Source: Octopus vulgaris
Lineage: Eukaryota
Length of the DNA: 64,000 bases
Direction: 5' to 3'
Assembly: GCA_951406725.2 (NCBI GenBank)
Contig: OX597815.1
Span: forward strand, 7,440,001-7,504,000
This document shows positions 52,760 through 64,000 of the stretch, in pieces (position 1 is the first letter of the stretch; each line of letters starts with the position of its first letter). A program made the position numbers and the translations under genes. Under the pieces are notes generated by a model. It saw nothing but the letters and a program-made list of their open reading frames with translations. It did no database searches and was not told the origin of the DNA.

Positions 52760-53065
52760 TTAGTCGAGCAAATCGGAACTAATACTATTTTTTATGTTTA
52801 ATGCCTATTCTACCGGTAACCACCAGGTCTCAGATTCAATCCCATATGTAGCATCTTGGACACATATTTTTTTCTTTAGCCTCGGATTGTTCAATACACT
52901 GAGTAAAATTGGGTGCATGGAAACTGTACGAAAGCATGTCGGAAGGATTGTTCTCCTGAACTTTAAAAAATTTGTATTTCTACTCTTACTCGATTGTGCG
53001 CTTTAGAAATTTTAAACAGACTCAGCAAGATGAAATTTTAAGTCCACACACACACACACAATGCA

Positions 53066-53456
53066 TGGTAAGTAGCTTGTTTACCAACCACGTGGTTCCG
53101 GGTTCAGTCCCACTGCCTGGCACTTTGGGCAAGTGACTTCTACTATAGCCGCGAGTCGACCAAAGTCTTGTGAGTGGATTTGGTAGACGGAAACTGAAAG
53201 AAGCCCGTCGTATATATATGTATATATATATATATGTGTGTGTGTGTATATGTTTGTGTGTCTGTGTTTGTCCCCCCTCCAACATCGCTTGACAACCGAT
53301 GCTGGTATGTTTAAGTGTCCGTAACTTAGCGGTTCGGCAAAAATAAAACCGATAGAATAAATACTAGGCTTACAAAGAATGGGGTCGATTTACTCGACTA
53401 AAGACGGTGCTCCAGCAGGGCCACAGTCAAATGACTGAAACAAGTAAAAGAGTAAA
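53066..53456 (+). mobile_element. SINE family A
   Basis: Homology to family A; the 5' end is slightly truncated. Confidence 0.9.
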
Positions 53457-53470
53457 AAAAAAGAGAGTAT

Positions 53471-53535
<65 letters not shown>

Positions 53536-53694
53536 ATGCGTTCGTTCAGTTCTCCGCTTTACATCGACCTTATTCATCCCCGGCTAATGAGATGAATCAC
53601 TTCACATGTTTTTCTTCAACAACTATTTCGAACTATGATATTGTTGTCAATGCTTTAATTTGTATTTTCTTTTATTGACATTTTCAATCAAAAA

Positions 53695-53748
<54 letters not shown>

Positions 53749-53789
53749 TCTCTCTACATATATATATATGTATATGTTAGCTCATACAC

Positions 53790-54068
<279 letters not shown>

Positions 54069-54153
54069 ATTCACGTGTTTGTGTGTGGTGTATGTACGTA
54101 TATGGGTATACACACACACATCTTCGTGTGTTTAAGCATGTATTAAATTTGTT

Positions 54154-54187
<34 letters not shown>

Positions 54188-54879
54188 TGTATGTATGTAT
54201 GTATGTATGTATGTATGTATGTATGTATGTATTTACGAACGTACATTTATACATTCTTCGAAGAGGTGGTTCTGTTTTAACTGGTGATGTTTTTCTTTTT
54301 AATTCGTTTCAAGGACAAACCGAACGAAAACTTGAAATGGATACGACTAAACAGCAGACGAGGGGAATATGTGAGATATAAAGATATAATATGCTTGTCT
54401 AATGTTAATAGATACACACACGCGCGCACTCATGCATTTGCTTACATGCACACATTTACATACGTACGATGCTTTCATGAGGATACCACATGTTTAGCGC
54501 CGTTACATGTTGTTTACATGGAAGGAAGTTCTAAACAGTTGCCGAGGTCTTATTCTTCGCCATTTTTCTCTGAATTCATGTCAGTTGCTTCCATTCTCTG
54601 TCCCTGTAAATCGTCAATGACAAAAACTGTTGGACATATTCAGGGAATTGCTTCTTCAAAGGGACATGTTCTGTTAGGAAAGGGATACACGATTGACGAA
54701 GTACGGTGTGCAAGCACGGCATAGTTTTGTGCTTAAGAAGTTCGCTTCGCAACCGTTTAGTTTCAGGTTCGTTCCCGCAGCGCGGCATCTTGGGCAGATG
54801 TCTCCTATTATTGCTCTGGGCTGGGCCAATGAGTTGTGAATAAATTTGGTAGGTGGAAATTGTATGGAAGACCATCGTT

Positions 54880-54938
<59 letters not shown>

Positions 54939-54965
54939 ATGTATGTATGTATGTATGTATGTTTG

Positions 54966-55036
<71 letters not shown>

Positions 55037-55142
55037 GTATGTGTGTGTATATATATATCATATTCCATGTATTCGTATTACCTATTGTTGTTTACGTTCT
55101 GTGACGTCCTGTGCCCACATATGCATTTGTATATACATATAT

Positions 55143-55303
55143 ACGACGGGCTTCTTTCAGTTTCCGTCTACCAAATCCACTCACAAGGCATTGGTCAGCC
55201 CGGGGCTATAGCAGAAGACACTTGCCCAAGATGCCACGCAGTGGGACTGAACCCGGAACCATGTGGTTGGTTAGCAAGCTACTTACCACACAGCCACACC
55301 TGA
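55143..55303 (-). mobile_element. SINE family A, 5' half
   Basis: Reverse complement of family A. A more decayed + strand head lies at about 54712-54880. Confidence 0.87.
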
Positions 55304-55925
55304 GCCTATATCATTTATATTATTATATGTATAAACGCCACGCAGCCATTTCCAAGTAAGTTTTATCTAAATTATTTTGATGTGACTCTTCTATTCTATT
55401 ACTCTTTTGTTTCCTCTCTCTCCATTTCACTAATTCTTTTTATCTCCTCTTCTCCTCCCCTTTCGTTTTTACTCTCTCATCCTTTTTCTAATTCTTTTCG
55501 TCTCTCCTTCGCCGTTCTCTGTCTGTCCCTCTCTCTCCCCCATTCTTCCTCCAAACGCATTCTTATCTGTCTCCTAACCAAGCTTGGTCCACCGCGTTTG
55601 CCACCACACCTCGTTTAGGCTTAGCACCCCTTCCTGTTTGTTTTCACTGTCTTGTTTTTGTTACCAATTTTGACCCTCCGCAAAATCCCAAATTTTATTT
55701 AATTTGCTTTGCAGAAGCAACTGTTTTGTCGAAGGGGTATCTTGTCGTGAATTGCTCGAAATACGGAGTAGAAAAACAGCCGACAACTGATGAAGGGTCG
55801 TTCTTTATTTTGCTTAACTTGTTTTCCATTTACTTCTTTTGTTGTTGAAAAAAAAGTTCATATTCCCTGTATTCGTATTTCGTATTTCATATTGTTTACG
55901 TTCTGTCACGTCGTCTGCCCACATA

Positions 55926-55995
<70 letters not shown>

Positions 55996-56069
55996 CATGT
56001 ATATATACATATATATATATATGTGTGTGTGTGTGTGTACATATATGTTTGTATGTATGCATACATATG

Positions 56070-56281
56070 TGTTTATAAGCCATTTTGAAAACATGCAAAA
56101 TCCGTTAGATTCACTTCAACATTTAAATTGAATTTGTATCAAAATATTTTCGTCGCTTTAAAACGTGATCAGTGAAGAGGTCGCGGTTTCAAAATGACGA
56201 AAATATTTTGACACAAATTAAATTTAAATGTTGTAGTAAATCTAACGGTTTTTGTGTGTTTTTTAAATAGCTTATAAACAT
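56070..56281. repeat. Imperfect inverted repeat with hammerhead-like centre
   Basis: tgtttataagc..tcaaaatattttcgtc pairs with gacgaaaatattttga..gcttataaaca. Confidence 0.8.
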
Positions 56282-56354
56282 CTTCCACGCTGCAATTGGT
56301 TTTGTTTCAGCACACGATCTCAGATCAAGTCACTTGCCATGCAAGAACATCTCC

Positions 56355-56479
<125 letters not shown>

Positions 56480-56594
56480 GCTATGAGAGGTAATGGTGTC
56501 AGTAAGACTCAAAGGTGTCAGGTAATGCTGAATTAGTGCTATGGATTGACAATAGTTGAGTTCCAGGTACGGTGATTATGCGAATAAAGAGTCC

Positions 56595-56790
56595 AACTTT
56601 AGCACGTCGGGTGAAATGTCGTTACGTTCTGAGTTCAAATTCCGCCGAGGTCGACTTTGCCTTTCAACCTTTCGAGGTCGATTAAATAAGTTCCAGTTAC
56701 GCACTGGGGTCGATATAATCGGATTAATCTGTTTGTCTGTCCTTGTTTTCCCTTCTGTGTGTAGCCCCTTGTGGGCAGTAAGGAAATTTG
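56595..56790 (+). mobile_element. SINE family B, 5' truncated
   Basis: Family B body and tail. Confidence 0.85.
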
Positions 56791-58146
56791 CTTAAGGGGT
56801 CCAATATCAGCGTGTGTATATAAATATATATCAGTGTGTGTATATAAATATTTTTTTCCGTAATGAGATAAAAAAAACAAGGCTGTGTATATATTAGAAC
56901 ATTTATAAATAAGTCTTACAGCTGCATCCTAGAAACAGCTGTAAGACCTATTTATAAATGTTCTAAAATCTACACAGCCTTGGTTTCTTTTTATCTCAAC
57001 GTTGTATATATACATATAGATGTAGGTATGTACATATATGCATGTATATATGCATATATTTATATTTTATTTATATTATTATACTATCGAACGCCACGCA
57101 TCCTTTTTCAAGTAAGTTTTATCTTAATAACTATGATGCGCACTCTTAACTTTTACTAATAATTCTCCTCTGTCTATCTCTCCCTCTCTTGTTCTTCAGC
57201 CTTTCTGGTTTTCTCTCCCACTCTTCTCTATTCTTCTCTCCCCTTCACCGTTCCCTCTCTCTTACTCCTTCTCCTCCTCCTCGACTCTCTCGTCCCTGAC
57301 ACGTGACCAGAAGGAAGCCATCTTTCCAACAGCTATCTTCACCGAGACAAAATGGCTTATCCTGTCCCTCTCATAAGCTGTCTCCTTAATGCGTTCACAA
57401 TAATTTTTCCATCGTCTTGACTTAACAGCCCTCATCGTTTGTTTTTACTGTTATTCTCTTTGTCCTGTCTTTTACTGTTTTTACTTGTATTGTTTTTTCT
57501 GTCTTGTTTTGTTCGTTTTGTCTGATGTGACGAAGATATTTTTAAACGACTTACATGTCTAAATGTTATTATCAGGAAAATTTTGGAAAGAGAAGTCTCC
57601 ACATCACCTGAGTAACCGATATTCGTTGACGTTCCGGTAATCTAGCGGTTCGGCAAAGGAGACATATCGAACATGTACCAGACTTGAAATAAATACTGGA
57701 GTCGATTTGTTCCACTAACCCTACAAGGGGGTGCTCCAGCATGACCTACAGAGCAATGACAGAAAAGAGTAAAAGTGCACAACTGTAAACGAGTTGAGAA
57801 AATGTAAAAATAAGGTCCAGTGATACTCTATACACTGCAGTATAAACACTATAAAATAAATTAAAACTGATGCGATATTAAATCGTCAGACTCGATGGAA
57901 GTCTTACTAGAATAAGGATTCAGGTTAAATCACATCTGGACCTCTCACTGGCCGCTGCTGGGGTAGATGGTCATCTCTTTCTGATTATGTTTTTAACACA
58001 GCTAGTCCATAAATGGTGTTATCTCGGGACAAATACTGTAGTAACTGGCCTATCGACATTGTGTATACATTAAGTATGATATGGCTATTTTAATTAAATG
58101 CTGTTTCATTTGCGTATACCGGATTTATAACCAGCCGAGCCGGCGA

Positions 58147-58314
58147 ATGTACATTATTTACATTATTTACATTTGACCGATATTTGTCCTTATCTTGTTT
58201 GTTGTTAACACGTTTCGGCTGATATACCCTCCAGCCTTCATCAGGTGTCTTGGGGAAATTTCGAACTTGGGTTCGCATTCCTAAGGTATTTTTCGATGTT
58301 GTTGTTGTTGTTGC

Positions 58315-58348
<34 letters not shown>

Positions 58349-58423
58349 ATTATTATTATTCAGGTCATTGCCAGGAATCGAACTCGGAATCTTGGGGTTA
58401 GTAGCCCGTGCTCTTAACCACTA
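58147..58423 (-). mobile_element. Short element with tRNA-like head, (AAT/AAC)n linker, hammerhead-like tail and tandem 3' repeat
   Basis: The minus strand reads agtggttaagagcacgggctactaaccccaagattccgagttcgattcc (A/B boxes) ... gacacCTGATGAaGGCTG..CAGCCGAAAcgtgtt ... (aaatgtaaat)n. Confidence 0.65.
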
Positions 58424-58620
58424 TCAATGAATGTTTCTTTCACTTTTTTTCCTATATCAGAGACTAAGAATTCTCGTCCGAGCATGTGGATGGTTGCGTA
58501 TACGCGCAATAAAAAAGGCCCAAAATGGCTGAAATGCATCTGGCACTTCCGCTGGCTGCTGCTGCTGCTGCTGGGACGAATTTTCGCCTCTCTTTGATAA
58601 TTATTGTGTTTTTAACTCAG

Positions 58621-59195
58621 CAAGTCCATAAGAGGTGTTACCTCAGAACAATTCTTTCTGTAAACTGGCCTATCGACAGTGTATATACATTGAGCGTCAT
58701 ACAGAAATGAGTACATTAATTAAATACTGCGCCAATTACATATACTGGATTGGAAATACGTTCACCGTCGTCCTCGTATCAGTAGTAAACGTCCAGTACG
58801 CGCCGCCTCCGCAAGTCCATAAGAGATGTTACCTCAGAACAATTCTTTCTGTAAACTGGCCTATCAACAGTTGTATATACATTGAGCATCATACAGAAAT
58901 GAGTACATTAATTAAATACTGCGCCAATTACATATACTGGATTGGAAATACGTTCACCGTCGTCCTCGTATCAGTAGTAAACGTCCAGTACGCGCCGCCT
59001 CCGCAAGTCCATAAGAGATGTTACCTCAGAACAATTCTTTCTGTAAACTGGCCTATCAACAGTTGTATATACATTGAGCATCATACATAAATGAGTACAT
59101 TAATTAAATACTGCGCCAATTACATATACTGGATTGGAAATACGTTCACCGTCGTCCTCGTATCAGTAGTAAACGTTCAGTACCCACCGCCTCCC
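58621..59195. repeat. Three tandem copies of a 191-192 bp unit
   Basis: caagtccataagag starts at 58621, about 58812 and about 59004. A diverged partial copy is at about 57985-58075. Confidence 0.92.
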
Positions 59196-59539
59196 CGCCT
59201 CCGCTCTGTTCACCATTTAACAAGTCTAGACGAGAACGAGATAAAAAGAAGAAAAAAAAAATCTTGCATAGAGTGATGGATGAGACATTTACGGCTTCCT
59301 TGAAATCCAGGTTGAAACAAACCAATTAGCGAGCTGACTCCTTTTATCGCCACAACAAAGGTTTTTGTTATTCTCTGAAATAGTTAACTGCATACCAAGT
59401 CCCACCCAATAGAGCCGTCTAATCTGTTTTTTACTACTGCTATGTTTTACAGTCCAAATCTCGCACGGAACACTTCTATCTTGTCATGCCGCTCCTCTTT
59501 ACAATTCCTGAGTCGCGTTCCCCATGTCTTTTGGTTTTT

Positions 59540-59578
<39 letters not shown>

Positions 59579-59654
59579 TTTTCTTTCTTTCTTTTTTTGG
59601 TCCTTGCAAACATTTACTTGCAGTCATTGACCGACAAACACTGACCTACAAATA

Positions 59655-60107
59655 TTGCTTTCAAATTTTGACTCAATGCCAATAATTTCGGGGGAGGGGG
59701 GAGAAAGTCGATGTAATCGACTCCATTGCTCAACAGGCACTTATTTTGTTGATCCCGAAATGAATAAAGGCAAAGTCGACCTCGGCGGAATTTGAACTTA
59801 AAACTTAAAGACGGACAAAATGCGGCTAAGCATTTTGTCCGGCGTGCTTAACGATTCTGCCAGCTCACCGCATTATTGGTCTACAAATATTCTTTTTTAC
59901 TCTAGGCACAAGGCCCTAAATTTTTTTTGTGGTGGGGGAGCAGTCGATTAGATCGACCCCAGTACGCAACTGGTACTTAATTTATCGACCCCGAAAGGAT
60001 GAAAGGCAAAATCGACTTCGGCGGAATTTGAACTCAGAACGTAAAGACAGACGAAATGCCGCTAAGCAGTTTGTCCGGCGCGCTAACGTTTGTGCCAGCT
60101 CCCTGCG
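59655..60107 (-). mobile_element. Two adjacent SINE-B variants (alternative tail)
   Basis: Copies at about 59655-59872 and 59893-60107. Confidence 0.83.
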
Positions 60108-60832
60108 TTATTGGTCTACTAATATTAACAACATCAACCGCATTTATCTCATGGACACGACCTAATCTGTTGACTTAGTTCCCAGAAATATAAATCAGAT
60201 GTGTGCATGAGTGAGTGAAAGGGTCGTTAGTTCAATTTCCATCAGATGCTTTATTTTCAGAGTTTACCAACCAATTCCATGGAAATGAAACTTTTACTCC
60301 TTTAATGGTTTTAGTCATTGGAATGTGTCTATTCTGGGGCAGTTGGTTATACCAGCCTCAGTTCTTAGTTTTGGTACTTATTGTGTCTACCACTGTTTAT
60401 CGAGTAGTTTGAATACTCAGATTTATATTCCTATATATATTATTGTACCTGTGTATAGGTGTGTGTGTGTTTGTATACATACATACATACATACACACAC
60501 ATATATGTGTAGGCCTTGGGAAGGACTGTTTCAACGAAGTCGCATCTTGTCCTTGCCTTCGTAACACGGAGTAGATGAAACAGGGACAACTGAAGAAGGG
60601 GAATATTCCTTGTGTTGTATATCTTGTTTCTCTGTATTTTTCCAGTTGTTTGAAAAAAAGTTCGTTTCTATGTTTTTATTTTTATGTTTTCGTTCCTCAT
60701 TGTGTTCAACGTTTTTTTGATGTCCTGTACCCATACATGTATATATTTATATATATTGTATATTATATTATATTATATTATATTGTATATTATATTATAT
60801 TATATTATATTATATTATATATATATATATAG

Positions 60833-60892
<60 letters not shown>

Positions 60893-61154
60893 GTATTTAT
60901 GTATGTATGTATGTATGTATAAATATATATGTATATAAATAAAATTAGAAATAGCAGTCATAGACTGTTTATTTCTATTTTCTACAAATGGGACTCTACA
61001 TACGACATATCCCTGTAATTCACATATGCAAAACAGAAGGAAGAAATAACGAAAACAAAGTCTAACGGTCATTTACGAACATGTTTAGTCGATTTGCTCG
61101 CCTAAAGGTGGTGCTCCAGCATGGCCACAGTAAAATCACTGAAACAAGTAAAAG

Positions 61155-61215
<61 letters not shown>

Positions 61216-61739
61216 CTTTGTGGAAAAACGGAGCTCGAAGCACACATACAGCTTCGAGATCGATTATTTCAAAAAAGGCAATTGGTTGCATCTTGGACTG
61301 TGTGGAATACACGTTCACAAGGTGCCGCCGCGCAGTCAGCCTGGGCTCGGAGCTTCGAGGTTACAAAGCGAGTCTCTTAACCACACAAGGCACACCTCTT
61401 TTATCAATACATTCTACTATTTCATTTACTACCAACAAATACTGTGATACCCACCCACGGGCCGGATCTACACGTCTTCTGTAAAAACGATCCAATCGGC
61501 TGAGATAGATGAGCAACCAACACAACTAACGCTACACAACAATTTTTGACAACACTAGCTGATGACTGACTATATATCAACTTTTGAAACCGAATTCGGT
61601 TGTTATTTGATATTTTTCTTTTATTGTTTTCATAAGGTTTTAATATATTTTCCTGAGCTCAATATCGTTTGATATGTTGCATCGCTTTCGTTTTGAACCG
61701 CAGGTCAAGAACGTTTGAAAACGAGCACATTGAGCAAGA

Positions 61740-63412
<1,673 letters not shown>

Positions 63413-64000
63413 TTATCATCATTGTCATCATTACCATCACTTAACGTCCATGTTCCGCGCTTATAAAGGAAAATGGTTTGACTGGATATAACTGGTTTGT
63501 GTTCCAATGTTTGGCATGGTCTCCAAGATTAGAAGCCCTTCCAAACGTCGACTATTTTACATCATATACTCGTTACTTTTTTCCTTGACGCCGGCTCTTG
63601 GGAGGTCACCGTTCTCTTGCAAGACTAAGTTCCCCTTCGACTTAGTGGAGTTACAGTAGGGAAGAAGGCGGTTTTATGCTAGAGGATGAGGAGTTGCAGT
63701 ATGAGAGGAGGTAAAACAAAATAGTTTTCGAGTGTAGAGGAGCTAAATGGCTACTGACATTATAGAAGAGAGGGTAAGCTGACCGATGTGAAACTGGAGA
63801 GAGATAAAATAGTGGTGGGCCATCGAGGTGAGTAGAAATGGGAGGGAACCAGGAAACGGGAAGTGTGGGTAGGTAGAAGTTGCAAGAGTGTATGGGGGAG
63901 TGGGGTGAAAAATGGTTAGAGATGGAAAATAGGTTACGGGATGGTACTAATGATAAACAGGTGTTGCGGAATGGTAAGTAGGGAAGGTAGGGAATGTAGA

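Noticed and set aside
58360-58423. Functional tRNA gene
   Set aside because: The 5' acceptor strand is missing and the sequence runs into a microsatellite, so it is treated as a SINE head.

Overview
This is AT-rich, microsatellite-dense eukaryotic DNA with no intact protein-coding gene that I can support. The repeat content resembles what I know of octopus/cephalopod genomes, but this is inference and unverified. The window is mostly transposon debris: a dead Ty3/Gypsy pol (1-1325), an internally deleted mariner (2018-2891), LINE fragments, four non-autonomous Helitron copies plus a fragment, GG..CC/8-bp-TSD MITEs and about 30 copies of two tRNA-derived SINE families (called A and B here). 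It also has a 40-bp minisatellite (about 1.6 kb) and many (TA)n/(TATG)n/(TG)n tracts. Nearly all ORFs in the supplied track are microsatellite or SINE artefacts. Four signals stand out: (i) a 12-unit head-less tandem SINE-B array inside a single 11-bp TSD, with the same junction recurring at other loci; (ii) minimal type-I hammerhead ribozyme motifs, the best at 31476-31520; (iii) fold-back palindromes whose apex coincides with a hammerhead-like motif; (iv) a short element joining a tRNA-like head to a hammerhead-like Penelope-type tail (58147-58423).
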